Positions 1-11,127 of a DNA stretch of 64,000 nt are shown one piece after another. Numbering within the stretch: position 1 is the first letter of the stretch; each line of letters opens with the position of its first letter. The notes beneath the pieces are model-generated. The model searched no databases. It was not told the DNA's origin and saw only the letters and a program-made list of their open reading frames with translations. Source of the stretch: Gemmatimonas sp. Lineage in GTDB: Bacteria; Gemmatimonadota; Gemmatimonadetes; Gemmatimonadales; Gemmatimonadaceae. The position numbers were made by a program, and so were the translations under genes. The stretch is from the NCBI GenBank assembly GCA_965279375.1, contig OZ257156.1, positions 1,056,001 to 1,120,000 of the forward strand, in the 5' to 3' direction.

Positions 1-1701
1 GACGCCGCGACGCGTGGGCTTGGCGGCGGGCGTGTTGGCGTACTTGCCAACGCTTGCCGGAACTTCCCACGTTTCGCGCGAGAGATCATCGCTGAGTCGC
101 TTCCACGTGGTGCCGCCGTTCACCGTCTGCCACACCACGTTGGTGCCGTAGTAGAGTTTGCGCGGATTGATCGGCGAGAAGAGAATCGGCATCGTGCGCA
201 CGCCGCGGAAATAGTCCGGGCCTGCTGCCGCACCACCGCCACGACCGCGTCCGACCACTGGACTCACGTTCTGCGTCTGTCCCGTGCGTCGATCGAAACG
301 CGAAACGGTGCCACCGTAGAGAATGTCCGGATTGAGTGGATCGGGCGCGACGTAGCTGTATTCACTCGCACCGACCGGGCGCCAGTCGCGATAGGTGATG
401 CTGCCGTCGTTGCCGCGGCTGTTCACGCAGGCGGAGCCTGATTCCTGCTGTCCGCCGCACACGCGATAGGGCCACGCGTTGTCTGCCGTGACGTGGTAGA
501 ACTGCGCCGTGCCCTGATTGTACCACGAGCTCCACGTCTCGCCGTTGTTGACCGTGATCACCGCGCCCTGATCGGCGACGAGCAGCATCATCTCGGGGTG
601 CAGCGGATTGATCCAGAGCCGTTGGTAGTCGTCACCGCCGGGCGCGCCGCGCAGCGACTTCCACGTGACACCACCGTCGGTGCTCTTCCACGCGACGACG
701 TTCATCGAGTAGACGGTGTTGGGATCGTTCGGATGCACAGTGATCGCGGCAAAGTCGTCGCCGCGACCGAAGATGCGATTGTCGGACGTCGTGCGCGTCC
801 ACGTTGCGCCAGCGTCGTCGCTCTTGTAGATGCCGCTCTTGGCGCCCGCCGTCGCCGTGATGTAGATGCGCCTGGGATTGCTGGGGCTCAAGCCAATGCC
901 GATGCGACCGAGTCCATCGGCGGTGGTGGGCAAGCCGCCGGCGAGCTGTGTCCAGGTGGCACCACCGTCGGTGCTCTTGAACAGTCCCGAGTTGGGACCG
1001 CTCCATGCCGCGTTCTCCCACGGTCCCTGTCGCGCTTCCCAGAGCACCGCGTACACGGTGTTGGGATCGTCGGGCGAGAGCACGACATCGGCGCCGCCTG
1101 TGTTCTCGTCCTTGTACAGCACCTTCTCGAACGACTTGCCGCCGTTTAACGAACGGTAGATGCCGCGTTCGGTGTTGGGGCCGTACGGGTGGCCGAGCAC
1201 TGCAACGAACAGTCGATCGGGGTTCTTGGGATCGATGGCGATGCGCGGGATCTGCTGGCCATCGCGCAGTCCAAGATGCGTCCACGTCTTGCCGGCATCG
1301 TTGGAGCGATACATGCCATCGCCGGTGGAGAGATCGGGGCGCTGCAGTCCTTCACCGCTGCCGACATAGATGACGTTCGGATCGGACGGTGCGACTTCGA
1401 CGGCGCCAACCGAGCCGGTGGCCTGCGCATCGAAGATGGGATTCCACGTGCGCCCGGCGTCGTTGGTCTTCCAGACACCGCCGTTCGTGGCGGCCATGTA
1501 GAAGACGTTCGGTTGCGTGGGTACACCGACGGCGCTCTTGGTGCGACCGGCGCGGAAGGGTCCGATGTGTCGCCACTTGGGGCCGTGCATTGCAGCGGCC
1601 GGAAACGTGGCCTGCGCGATGGCGAGGCGCGGCGTGGTCGCAAAAGGGAGTGCGGCCGAGAACAGCAGCGCGGAGAGGACGGAGCGGCGGGTGCGGGGCA
1701 C
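1..1701 (-). CDS. Secreted BNR/Asp-box (VPS10/sortilin-like) glycosyl hydrolase-like protein; 3' end runs off the window
   Basis: Not in the ORF track because no stop lies in the window. Manual translation from GTG at 1701: MPRTRRSVLSALLFSAALPFA...KWRHIGPFRAGR...GGVWKTNDAGRTWNPIFD, with repeated S/T-x-D-x-G-x-T-W Asp boxes. Confidence 0.85.
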   Translation of the reverse strand, partial: MPRTRRSVLSALLFSAALPFATTPRLAIAQATFPAAAMHGPKWRHIGPFRAGRTKSAVGVPTQPNVFYMAATNGGVWKTNDAGRTWNPIFDAQATGSVGAVEVAPSDPNVIYVGSGEGLQRPDLSTGDGMYRSNDAGKTWTHLGLRDGQQIPRIAIDPKNPDRLFVAVLGHPYGPNTERGIYRSLNGGKSFEKVLYKDENTGGADVVLSPDDPNTVYAVLWEARQGPWENAAWSGPNSGLFKSTDGGATWTQLAGGLPTTADGLGRIGIGLSPSNPRRIYITATAGAKSGIYKSDDAGATWTRTTSDNRIFGRGDDFAAITVHPNDPNTVYSMNVVAWKSTDGGVTWKSLRGAPGGDDYQRLWINPLHPEMMLLVADQGAVITVNNGETWSSWYNQGTAQFYHVTADNAWPYRVCGGQQESGSACVNSRGNDGSITYRDWRPVGASEYSYVAPDPLNPDILYGGTVSRFDRRTGQTQNVSPVVGRGRGGGAAAGPDYFRGVRTMPILFSPINPRKLYYGTNVVWQTVNGGTTWKRLSDDLSRETWEVPASVGKYANTPAAKPTRRGV

Positions 1702-1784
1702 GGGAAGCTCGGAGTGTGGGTGATGTATACCGAGAATGTACGGCAACAGAAACGCGACCGCCGTCGGCTGCGCTGCGCTCGCCC

Positions 1785-4469
1785 CTACGTCCCCCTCGGC
1801 TTCGCCCTCCGCGTCGCTTCCGCCGTCAACGGATCGTCCGGCCACGGATGCCGCGGGTACCGCCCCCGCAGCTCCTTCCGCACCTCGAAGTACGAATTCT
1901 TCCAGAACCCCGCCAAATCCCGCGTCACCTGCACCGGACGCTGCGCCGGCGACAACAGATGCATCGTCAGCGGCACGCGCCCATCCAGCAGCATCGGCGT
2001 GCTCGTCCAGCCAAACACCTCCTGCAGCTTCACCGCCAGCACCGGCGCCGCCGGGTCGCTGTAGTCCAACGCCACCCGCGAACCACTCGGCACCTCCAAA
2101 TGCGTCGGCGCCAAGCGATCCAGCGTCGCGCGACGCTCCCAGCCCAGCAGGCCGAGCAACGCCTCGCTCCAGTCCACACGCTCGAGCTCCGCGAACTTGC
2201 GCATGCCATCGAGATGCGGCGCGAGCCAGTCGTCGAGCGTGGCCAGCAGTGCGTCGTCCGACACGTCCGGCCAGGACGCGTCGCTCGTGTGCATGAACGC
2301 GTGGACAAACGCGAGTCGCTCACGTACCCGAGTGCCGGACGCACTCCACGGCAATGCAGCGATTCCTTCGCGCGCGATGCCACGCGACAACGCCTGCTGC
2401 ACCAGCGCCGAGTCAGGGTCGCGCAGCGGAATATCTTCCAATGCGATCGCGCCCAGCATCACGCAGCGACGCGCGCGCACCGTTCGCGTGGCCTCGTGCC
2501 ACTCCACCACATCCTCTCGCGCGAGCTGATCGCCGAACGTCTGCATCACCTCGGCCAGCGACAGTGGCGCCGCACGCGCGATGCGGTACTCGGGCGGCGC
2601 CCCATCCAGCTCCGCCACGGCGAGAAACGGTTCGTCGCGCAGGGCATCATGCTTGGGGAGCGCCGCACCAAGTCCGCTCCGCAGCAAGTAGCGCGGCTCC
2701 GCTCCGGCGCGCCGCATCGCCACACGGTCGGGGAAGGCGAGAGCGAGCAGCGGTCCAACATTTAACGCGTCGTTGACGTCGGCGTCGGAAGCGCGTGCAC
2801 CATCGCGTACTGCATCGCGTGCACCACGCCCCTCGATGCGACGACGCAGTTCCTCGGCCAGCGTGCGCACACGAAACACGCCGTCCCGGTCCACACGGGC
2901 ACCAGCCAACAGCATCGCATCGTCGGCACCACCTCCGTGCCCACCACTTCCACTGCCGCCACGACGCAGCGCCTCCACTCGCAGCCGCATGTCGGCAGGC
3001 GCAGCGAAATCGCCGCGCGCAACATGCCCTCCGCCAAACCCGCTCCCGAACTCGCCGCGCAGCACGTCCCGCTCCTCGAGCAACGCCGCCACCTCCGCCC
3101 CCAACCGCGTCGCGCCCTGCGACTGTGCGCCCAGCAGCAGATGCGACAGACGTGGTTGCACCGGCAGCGCGACCATTCGCTTGCCATGTGGCGTGATGCG
3201 ACCGCTCGCGTCCGCAGACGTGAGCGCACCCAGCTGCGCGAGCAGCTCCCGCGCCTGCGCGAAGGGCCCGCCACGCGGTACGTCGAGCCATCGCAGTGCG
3301 GTGGGATCGGCGATCCCCGCATCGGCCAGCTCCAGCGCCAGTGGCACGAGATCGGCATCGACAATCTCGGGCCGAGTGCGCGGCATCAGCGCGTGCTCCT
3401 CGTGCGCATCCCACAGTCGATAGCAGCGCCCCGGCGCGACACGACCAGCGCGACCGCGGCGCTGATCGGCCGAGGCACGGCTGACCTTCACCGTTTCGAG
3501 GCGCGTGAGACCAGCGCGCGGATCGAAGCGCGGCAATCGCGACAACCCTGCATCGACCACCACGCGCACGCCTTCGATGGTTAAACTCGTCTCCGCCACG
3601 CTGGTGGACAGAACGATCTTGCGCGTGCCTGTGGGCGCGGGTGCAATGGCCGCGCTCTGGGCGGCCAACGGCATGGAGCCATGCAGCTGATGCACTACAA
3701 CACCTGCGCGATCCAGTCCGTCGTCGCCAGCGAGTCGCTCTCCAAAGCGACGCTGCTCTGCCGCGCCGGGAAGAAACACCAGCACATCGCCTTCGCTCTC
3801 GGCGACAGCCTCGCGGATCACTCGCGCAACATGCTGCTCCAGGCGATCGCCCGGCCGAGCCGGCCGATGCAACGTCTCCACAGTATAAGCGCGGCCGGCG
3901 CTGCGCACGACGGGCACGCTGTCGCGCGCGTTGTCACCAGCCAGCAACTGCGCGACGGCCACGCCATCGAGCGTCGCCGACATCACGAGAATGCGTAGAT
4001 CCTCGCGCAGCAACGCCTGCGTCTCGAGCACGAGCGCAAGTCCGAGGTCCGCCTGCAGCGAGCGTTCGTGGAACTCATCGAACAGCACGAGCCCATACAG
4101 TTCGAGCGCTCCGTCCGACGACAGCAGGCGCGTGAGCACACCCTCGGTGACCACTTCGATGCGCGTGCGCGCAGAGACGCGCGATTCGCCGCGCACGCGG
4201 TAGCCAACCGTTGCCCCGACCGACTCGCCAAGCGAGGCCGCCATGAAGTGCGCAGCGGAACGTGCGGCGAGCCGACGCGGCTCGAGCATGATGATGCGAC
4301 GGCCGGCGAGCCACGACTCATCCAGCAGGGCGAGCGGAACACGCGTCGTCTTGCCGGCACCCGGTGGCGCTTCGAGCACCGCGCTCGTGTGCTCAGCCAG
4401 CGCGAGCCGAAGCTCGGGCAGTACGTCGTCGATTGGTAGTGCGACTGCAGGTGCCACTGGGTGTACCAC
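1785..4469 (-). CDS. hrpB: ATP-dependent helicase HrpB
   Basis: APPGAGKTT, DEFHER, MSAT, QRRGRAGR motifs; HrpB C-terminus LRGRYPRHPWPDDP. GTG at 4469 overlaps the upstream stop (ORF track start 4514). Confidence 0.95.
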   Translation of the reverse strand: MVHPVAPAVALPIDDVLPELRLALAEHTSAVLEAPPGAGKTTRVPLALLDESWLAGRRIIMLEPRRLAARSAAHFMAASLGESVGATVGYRVRGESRVSARTRIEVVTEGVLTRLLSSDGALELYGLVLFDEFHERSLQADLGLALVLETQALLREDLRILVMSATLDGVAVAQLLAGDNARDSVPVVRSAGRAYTVETLHRPARPGDRLEQHVARVIREAVAESEGDVLVFLPGAAEQRRFGERLAGDDGLDRAGVVVHQLHGSMPLAAQSAAIAPAPTGTRKIVLSTSVAETSLTIEGVRVVVDAGLSRLPRFDPRAGLTRLETVKVSRASADQRRGRAGRVAPGRCYRLWDAHEEHALMPRTRPEIVDADLVPLALELADAGIADPTALRWLDVPRGGPFAQARELLAQLGALTSADASGRITPHGKRMVALPVQPRLSHLLLGAQSQGATRLGAEVAALLEERDVLRGEFGSGFGGGHVARGDFAAPADMRLRVEALRRGGSGSGGHGGGADDAMLLAGARVDRDGVFRVRTLAEELRRRIEGRGARDAVRDGARASDADVNDALNVGPLLALAFPDRVAMRRAGAEPRYLLRSGLGAALPKHDALRDEPFLAVAELDGAPPEYRIARAAPLSLAEVMQTFGDQLAREDVVEWHEATRTVRARRCVMLGAIALEDIPLRDPDSALVQQALSRGIAREGIAALPWSASGTRVRERLAFVHAFMHTSDASWPDVSDDALLATLDDWLAPHLDGMRKFAELERVDWSEALLGLLGWERRATLDRLAPTHLEVPSGSRVALDYSDPAAPVLAVKLQEVFGWTSTPMLLDGRVPLTMHLLSPAQRPVQVTRDLAGFWKNSYFEVRKELRGRYPRHPWPDDPLTAEATRRAKPRGT

Positions 4470-7162
4470 TACCGCTTGCGGCGCACGGGAGGATCGAGCT
4501 GCTGCAGCAGCCACTGCTGTGCGCGATCGATCACCTCGTCCTGTCCGTTGCGAATGCCGCGCACCGTCGGATGTACTTCGACAGCAGGCGTGATGCCGAT
4601 GCGTTGCACCTGTCCACCGTCAGCGCGACGGATCTCCAGCACAGGAATTCCCACGCTCAGCGCGCCCGGCAGTTCGAGCGTGCTGGCCGGCGACGCTGCG
4701 CCCGCGCTCGTGCTCCCGACAAACGTCACCGACGCCGCGCTTTCCAGTGCAATCGCAAGTCGCTCCATCGCTCCCTGTGTGCGCTCGTCGATCAACATCA
4801 CCACACGGCCACGATAGCGTCCCACAGTGTCCACCGTCATCCATCGCGCCTGCTGTACGCGTTCGTCGGCGCACTTGAGCGCGGCATCACGCAACGTGCC
4901 CACCAGGCATGGCGACGACTGCACCCGCTGCACTTCGCGCTGACGCACGAAGGTCGGTTGCGTGGCGAGCTGGCGCAGTACGAGCTCCGCGCGACGTTCG
5001 ACCATCTCGCTATTGCGTCCACCTGCGTCGGCACGGCCGTCGAGCACGAGGGCACGCATGCCGCGCATCGACTGCAGCGCGCTGTCGAGTTGCGCCGCGC
5101 TCAAACGTTCCAGGTCGATGTAGCCGATGCCGCCGTCGAGTCGGCGTACGGCGTTGGCGTCAGGACGTTGCACCGTTGGCAACAACGCCGCGTACGCGGC
5201 GCGGCGCGGCAACTCCACGCTGCGCTCCTTGTTTGACGCGTCGCGCAACTTGAACAGCGCACTACCCTCGGGACCGCGCGTGATCACGCGCATCTGTTCG
5301 CGCGTGCGTGTCCATTCATTGGACGTTGCGCCGATGCGACGATGCTCTGCCTGCCAAGCGGCCAGCGGAAAGCCATCGGCGGCGACGATCTCCGTGCCAC
5401 TCGTCAACGCGAGCATGCTCGACGCAGCGTCACGCACGACATCGGTGATGATCGCGCGCCCTTCAATGAAGCGCACACGAAACGGCGCGACGCTGGTGCC
5501 CAGCCACGTTTCCACCGAGGGTCCACGCAGCACGCCTTCGGCATCGTCGAGCGCGGTGGCCAGATCGCCAATGGCGACGGCGTACTGCTGCTCGTTACGC
5601 GCCGCCTCCAGTCGCGGAATCACACGCTCGAATACCGCGTCGAGATCTTCGTCGTACAGATCGCGATTGACATGGCGGGTGCGCATCGCGCTCCAGAGAC
5701 GGAAGCCCGCGAGAAGACGCGCGCCCATCGTTGGATAGTTCTGGTTGTCCATGCGCACAGGCAACGCGGCCGCAGCGACGTCTGACATGGGTGTACGCTT
5801 GGCGCGCGGCATGCGACCGTTGCGCAACAGCTGCAGCGCAGCGCGCAGTGCAGGCGTGCTGTCCGGCGCACTCACGCTATTGCCGGCGGTCATCGCCACG
5901 GTCGTATCGGCGATCAGTCCAATCGTGCCATCGGCGTGCTGCAGTTCACCGGTGCGAACGCGCACGACGTAGCCCGAAGCGAGCGGCAGACGCACGGTCG
6001 ATACGCCAGCAGCCGCGTCGAGCGCGAGCGGTTCCGACGGTGAGGCACTCTCTCCCACCAGCGTCGCCGTTCCCGACGAAATCAGCGCCAGCACAGCGCT
6101 CGGCAGCACCGATGCACCATTGGCCAGCACCACGACACGTCGCGCCTGATTTGCGCCCGCACCGGCCGGCACCATGGCAACGTCTCGACGCAGCCAACCA
6201 TCGACGCCCTCATCGAGCGTGCGACCGCTTCCGTCGCGACCTGGCAGCGCCGCACCGCCGCCCACCTGCCGTACACGCTCCGCAGGCGGCACGATTGCCA
6301 CGGAGGTCAGTGCGCGAGCCATCGCGGTGCGTACCGCGAACGCCTGCCAGCGCGCGAATGCCGCAGCGCCCACGTCGTCATTCGCAGCGCTTGCACCCGC
6401 AGGCCCGCGCATGTCGATCACCACGCGCAGTGGGTCGCGCGCGAGCGCTTGTCTGGTTACCGCGTCGTCCGTCGAGTCGAGGGCGGCGCCTATCGGCAGT
6501 CGCAGCACCAGCGTGCCATCCGCGGTGGTCTCCGCACGCACGCGCTCCGGTGCGATGGTGACCGACGCACCTTCGCGCTCGACGCGCGTGAGCGGATCGT
6601 TCAGCACGCGCAGGAGTTGCGTCACTTCGGAGGCGAGTCGCTCGGGGTCGGTCGCACTGCGAATGCCGGGGATCGCGCGGACCAGCGCCGAATCCCATGC
6701 CACGCCGCGCGATGCGACGTACGGATGGAACTGCGCGACCGTCTGCCAAAGCGTCGCCAGCGCACGCAATCGCTGGATTCCCGCGGAGTCGGAGGCAGTC
6801 GGCTCAGGCTCGACAGGAGTCGGCTCGACGGGCGGTGGTGCTGGTGCGGGCGCCGGTGGCGGCGCAGCATTCCTGCCGCGCGGTGTGCGAGCTGGTGGCT
6901 TGGGCGCCGGTTCCTTCACCGGCTCGGCCTTTGTCGGCTCGGTTGGCGGCGGCGTCTTGGGCTTGTCCGCCGGCTTCGCCGCTGGCTTGTCAGCTGGCGT
7001 CGCGGCGGGCTTGGCGGTCGTCGGCGTCGGCTCCTGCCCTTGCGGCGTCACCTTGAAGAAGCCGCTGCACCCTGCGCCGAGTAGTGGAAGCAGCAGGGCA
7101 AGCACTGGGAGCGTGCGCGACGTGGCGACCGGTGCGCGTCGCGTTGTTGAGTTGGGCGCCAT
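4469..7162 (-). CDS. S41 peptidase-family lipoprotein with two repeated modules, possibly inactive
   Basis: Lipobox LGAGC, Pro/Lys/Ala-rich linker, IGYID, VMLIDERT, GGQVQRIGITP motifs. Confidence 0.75.
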   Translation of the reverse strand: MAPNSTTRRAPVATSRTLPVLALLLPLLGAGCSGFFKVTPQGQEPTPTTAKPAATPADKPAAKPADKPKTPPPTEPTKAEPVKEPAPKPPARTPRGRNAAPPPAPAPAPPPVEPTPVEPEPTASDSAGIQRLRALATLWQTVAQFHPYVASRGVAWDSALVRAIPGIRSATDPERLASEVTQLLRVLNDPLTRVEREGASVTIAPERVRAETTADGTLVLRLPIGAALDSTDDAVTRQALARDPLRVVIDMRGPAGASAANDDVGAAAFARWQAFAVRTAMARALTSVAIVPPAERVRQVGGGAALPGRDGSGRTLDEGVDGWLRRDVAMVPAGAGANQARRVVVLANGASVLPSAVLALISSGTATLVGESASPSEPLALDAAAGVSTVRLPLASGYVVRVRTGELQHADGTIGLIADTTVAMTAGNSVSAPDSTPALRAALQLLRNGRMPRAKRTPMSDVAAAALPVRMDNQNYPTMGARLLAGFRLWSAMRTRHVNRDLYDEDLDAVFERVIPRLEAARNEQQYAVAIGDLATALDDAEGVLRGPSVETWLGTSVAPFRVRFIEGRAIITDVVRDAASSMLALTSGTEIVAADGFPLAAWQAEHRRIGATSNEWTRTREQMRVITRGPEGSALFKLRDASNKERSVELPRRAAYAALLPTVQRPDANAVRRLDGGIGYIDLERLSAAQLDSALQSMRGMRALVLDGRADAGGRNSEMVERRAELVLRQLATQPTFVRQREVQRVQSSPCLVGTLRDAALKCADERVQQARWMTVDTVGRYRGRVVMLIDERTQGAMERLAIALESAASVTFVGSTSAGAASPASTLELPGALSVGIPVLEIRRADGGQVQRIGITPAVEVHPTVRGIRNGQDEVIDRAQQWLLQQLDPPVRRKR

Positions 7163-7187
7163 ATTGCAAAAGATACCACACCATTCG

Positions 7188-8363
7188 ATGACTGATCGCC
7201 TCTACTATACCGACGCCTACACGCATCGCTTCACCGCCACCGTCGTCGAACTCGCCGACGAGGGCCGCCGAGTGTATCTCGATCGCTCCGCGTTCTATCC
7301 CACCTCCGGAGGACAGCCGCACGATCTGGGCATGCTCGGCGGTGTGCCCGTGGTGGACGTGGTCGACAAAGAGGATCGTGTGGCGCACCTGCTGGCCGCG
7401 CCGCTTCAAGCGCCGGTCGGCGCGACGGTGGACTGTGTGATCGACAGCACGCGCCGCTTCGACAACATGCAGCAGCACACGGGACAACATCTGCTGTCTG
7501 CGCTTTTCGCCGATCAATACGGATGGCCGACGGTCAGCGTGCACTTCGGCGATGACTACTCGACAGTCGACATCGCCGGCACCGGCCTCGATATGGATCT
7601 GCTGCGCGACGTGGAGTCGCGGGCCAACGCACTCATCGTGGACAACCGCGACGTCACGGTGTCCTTCGAGGAGTCCGCCACCGCCACGGGACTCCGCAAG
7701 CCGAGCGATCGCGACGGGACGTTGCGCATCGTGACGATCGCGGGACTCGATCGGAGTGCCTGTGGTGGCACGCATGTGCAGCGCACCGGTGAGATCGGCA
7801 GCATGCTGCTGCGTCGCGCTGAACGCACCAAGGGCAACACGCGCGTGGAGTTTCTCTGCGGCACCCGCAGCGTCACGCGTGCGCGACTCGACGCGTGGTT
7901 GCTCACGCAAACGGCGCGCCTCTTCACCGCCGCGCCGGACGACGTGCCCGCACTCGTCGAGAAGCAGCAGCAACGCGTGCAGGAGCTGGAGCGCGAGAAC
8001 AAGCGGCTCGCCCTCGAACTCGCCGCGCACGACGCGCGGACTCGCTGGTCTGCCACCACGCCCAGCAGCGATGGAATCCGTCGCATACGTATCGCACTAC
8101 CCACCGGCGCCGTGCGCGACGTGGAGCCCTTGGCGCAGGCGATCACCGCGCTCGGCGGCTGCATGGTGCTGGTGACGGTCGAATCGCCTTCGGCGCTTAT
8201 GCTGGCCACCTCCGCCGACAGCGGTATCGACGCGGGCCCCGCTCTCAAGCCCGCGCTCGCGGCGGCTGGCGGACGCGGCGGCGGTTCACCACGACTCGCG
8301 CGGGGGAGCGTACCGGACGCGGCAGCACTCGCGTCGATCGCGTCCTCCTTCAGCTTCGACTGA
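7188..8363 (+). CDS. Alanyl-tRNA editing protein (AlaX-type with DHHA1 domain)
   Basis: RLYY..AY, FYPTSGGQPHD, MQQHTGQHLLS, CGGTHV, GGRGGG; ATG at 7188. Confidence 0.92.
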   Translation: MTDRLYYTDAYTHRFTATVVELADEGRRVYLDRSAFYPTSGGQPHDLGMLGGVPVVDVVDKEDRVAHLLAAPLQAPVGATVDCVIDSTRRFDNMQQHTGQHLLSALFADQYGWPTVSVHFGDDYSTVDIAGTGLDMDLLRDVESRANALIVDNRDVTVSFEESATATGLRKPSDRDGTLRIVTIAGLDRSACGGTHVQRTGEIGSMLLRRAERTKGNTRVEFLCGTRSVTRARLDAWLLTQTARLFTAAPDDVPALVEKQQQRVQELERENKRLALELAAHDARTRWSATTPSSDGIRRIRIALPTGAVRDVEPLAQAITALGGCMVLVTVESPSALMLATSADSGIDAGPALKPALAAAGGRGGGSPRLARGSVPDAAALASIASSFSFD

Positions 8364-8410
8364 AGTCGCCAAGACTGAGCACGCCCACCCAACTCCTGGA
8401 GCACAACGAC

Positions 8411-8959
8411 ATGTCGGACTCGACGTCCATCTCCCGCCCCGCATCCACTGAGCACTCGACCTTTGCGCTCACGTACGTCGATGCGACGGCGCGAGCGCTT
8501 GCTGCCGCCGGCCACGACGACGTGGTCGCGTTGCTCGACACGCAGGTGACGCAGCTGCGCACGATGCTCTCGGAATCGTCCGTAACGGGATCGTTCGCGT
8601 ACGCGCCGGGCAAGTGGACGCTCTCCGAGTCGCTGCTGCATGTCGCGGACACGGAGCGCGTCTTCAGCTACCGACTCCTTCGCATCGCCCGGGGCGACCA
8701 GACGCCGCTCCCCGGCTTCGATCAGGACACTTGGGTGCCGAATAGCCGCGCCGGCGACCGATCGCTCGACAGCGTCCTCGCGGAGATCGACGCAGTCCGC
8801 AGTGCCACGCTCGCGCTGGTCCGATCGCTCGACGCTGAGGCCGTATCGGCGACCGGGACCGCCAGCGGTGCGACGGTCTCGGTCCGTGCGCTGGTGTGGA
8901 TGGTCGCTGGCCACTTCGCCCATCACCTCGATCTGACGCGCGATCGCTACCTCGCCTGA
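8411..8959 (+). CDS. DinB-family protein
   Basis: YAPGKWT...HVADTERVFSYRLLRIARGD.TPLPGFDQD...GHFAHH; GGAG upstream of ATG 8411. Confidence 0.88.
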   Translation: MSDSTSISRPASTEHSTFALTYVDATARALAAAGHDDVVALLDTQVTQLRTMLSESSVTGSFAYAPGKWTLSESLLHVADTERVFSYRLLRIARGDQTPLPGFDQDTWVPNSRAGDRSLDSVLAEIDAVRSATLALVRSLDAEAVSATGTASGATVSVRALVWMVAGHFAHHLDLTRDRYLA

Positions 8960-9075
8960 GCACGAGAGCGCGTATTCGTGGCTGACGTGCCCCGAGAGCG
9001 GCGCTAACTTTCCGACGCCGTGGCGCCCCGGGATTCGGGTTGCGCCGGCCCCTGACTGACGCCTCCGGAGCTCTC

Positions 9076-11127
9076 GTGTCCGCTGCACCAAACGTTGGAT
9101 CCCCCGTCGCCCTGACCGCGTCCCCTGAGACGGTGCGTCTCGCGATCGACACCGTCCGCACTCTTTCCATGGACGCGGTGCAGGCCGCCGAGTCGGGACA
9201 CCCCGGCACGCCGATGGCGCTGGCACCGTTGGCCTACGCGCTCTACACGCGCCATATGCGGCACGACCCGGCTTCGCCGTCGTGGCCGGATCGCGATCGG
9301 TTCGTGCTGTCGGTGGGTCACGCGTCGATGCTGCTCTACAGCTCCCTGCACCTCTCCGGCTACGCGCTGTCCCTCGATGACCTGCGCCACTTCCGTCAGT
9401 GGAAGAGTCTCACGCCGGGCCATCCGGAAGTGCATCACACGCCGGGCGTCGAAACCACCACGGGTCCACTCGGCCAGGGCGTGGCCAACGCGGTCGGCTT
9501 TGCCGTCGCCGAGGCGCATCTCGCCGCCGAGTTCAATCGCCCCGGTCACCACATCGTCGACCATTACACGTACTTCATCGCGGGCGATGGCTGCCTCATG
9601 GAAGGCATCTCGCACGAAGCGGCGTCGTACGCTGGGCACAACAAGCTCGGCAAGTTGATCGGCTTCTTCGACGACAACCGCATCACGATCGACGGCAGCA
9701 CGGACCTGAGCTGCAGCGACGATGCCGCCGCGCGCTTCGCGGCGTACGGCTGGCAGGTGCTGCACATCGCCGACGTGAACGACATCGCCTCCATCGACGC
9801 GGCAATCGCGCAGGCGAAGTCCGACCTCACACGTCCGACGCTCATCATCACGCGCACGCACATCGGCTTCGGCTCGCCCAATCGGCAGGATACCGCCAAG
9901 GCGCACGGCGAACCGCTCGGCAAGGACGAGATCGCGCTCACGAAGGCGGCGTATGGATGGCAGTATCCCGACCCGTTCACCGTGCCCGAGGAAGCGCTCG
10001 CGCATTGGCATGCGTCGGTCGCGGTGCGCGCCGCGTCGCACGCGGAGTGGGCCACGCGCTGGGCCGCGTACGCGGAGGCGTTTCCGGCGGAAGCAACGGA
10101 GCTCAAGCGGCGGTTGGAAGGCACGCAGCGCGCAGAGCTGGGCACGTCGTTCCCGACCTTCGACGCGAAGAGCGGCAACATCGCGTCACGCGCAGCGTCT
10201 GGCGCCGTGATCAACGCCATCGCACCGCACATTCCGGAATTGGTTGGTGGCTCGGCGGACCTTACCGGCTCCAATCTCACGAACGTGAAGGGCGCGTCGT
10301 ACTTCGCGCCATCGATTCCGGCCGGTCGCAACTTCCACTTCGGCATTCGTGAGCACGCCATGGGCGCGATCATGAATGGTATGGGATTGCACGGCGGCAT
10401 CATTCCCTACGGCGGCACGTTCCTCGTCTTCTCCGACTACATGCGTCCCGCTATTCGCCTTGCGGCGTTGATGGGCACGCACGCGATCTACGTCTTCACG
10501 CACGACTCCATCGGACTCGGCGAAGACGGTCCCACGCACCAGCCGGTGGAGCATCTCACGGCGCTGCGCTGCATTCCCAATCTCGTCGTGCTGCGCCCCG
10601 CCGACGCCGACGAAGTGTCCGAAGCATGGCGCGTCGCGTTGCACCACAAGACGGGCCCCGTGGCCATCGTGCTGACGCGACAGAAGCTCTCGTACCTCAA
10701 CGAGCACGCGCGCATTCGCGCGGGTGTGCCGCGCGGTGCCTATGTGCTCGCCGATGGTGTCTCCGGCACGCCGGATGTGGTGCTGCTGGCGACAGGTTCC
10801 GAAGTGGAGATCGCGCTCGCTGCGCGCGCCGAGCTGGCGGTACAGGGCGTGTCCGCGCGGGTGGTAAGCTGCCCGTCGCTCGAGCTGTTTGCGCAGCAGT
10901 CGCAGGAATATCGCGATCTCGTGTTGCCGCCAACGGTGCGTCGTGTGGCGATCGAGGCCGCCCATCCGATGTCGTGGTATCGCTGGGTCGGCTCCACGGG
11001 CGCAGTCGTTGGCATCGAGACGTTCGGCGCGAGCGCGCCGTATCAGACGCTCTATCGTGAGTACGGCATCACGGCGGAGCATCTGGCGCAGGTGGCGCAG
11101 GTGGCGCGCAAGGTCATCACGGCATGA
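9076..11127 (+). CDS. tkt: Transketolase
   Basis: [52 protein letters not shown] upstream of GTG 9076. Confidence 0.97.
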   Translation: MSAAPNVGSPVALTASPETVRLAIDTVRTLSMDAVQAAESGHPGTPMALAPLAYALYTRHMRHDPASPSWPDRDRFVLSVGHASMLLYSSLHLSGYALSLDDLRHFRQWKSLTPGHPEVHHTPGVETTTGPLGQGVANAVGFAVAEAHLAAEFNRPGHHIVDHYTYFIAGDGCLMEGISHEAASYAGHNKLGKLIGFFDDNRITIDGSTDLSCSDDAAARFAAYGWQVLHIADVNDIASIDAAIAQAKSDLTRPTLIITRTHIGFGSPNRQDTAKAHGEPLGKDEIALTKAAYGWQYPDPFTVPEEALAHWHASVAVRAASHAEWATRWAAYAEAFPAEATELKRRLEGTQRAELGTSFPTFDAKSGNIASRAASGAVINAIAPHIPELVGGSADLTGSNLTNVKGASYFAPSIPAGRNFHFGIREHAMGAIMNGMGLHGGIIPYGGTFLVFSDYMRPAIRLAALMGTHAIYVFTHDSIGLGEDGPTHQPVEHLTALRCIPNLVVLRPADADEVSEAWRVALHHKTGPVAIVLTRQKLSYLNEHARIRAGVPRGAYVLADGVSGTPDVVLLATGSEVEIALAARAELAVQGVSARVVSCPSLELFAQQSQEYRDLVLPPTVRRVAIEAAHPMSWYRWVGSTGAVVGIETFGASAPYQTLYREYGITAEHLAQVAQVARKVITA

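Noticed and set aside
493..2765. Long plus-strand ORFs over the first 2.7 kb
   Set aside because: Antisense shadows of the BNR protein and hrpB in GC-rich DNA; no motifs
6174..7187. N-terminal 338 codons of the 729-aa ORF
   Set aside because: Antisense to the S41-like gene; AlaX homology starts at ATG 7188
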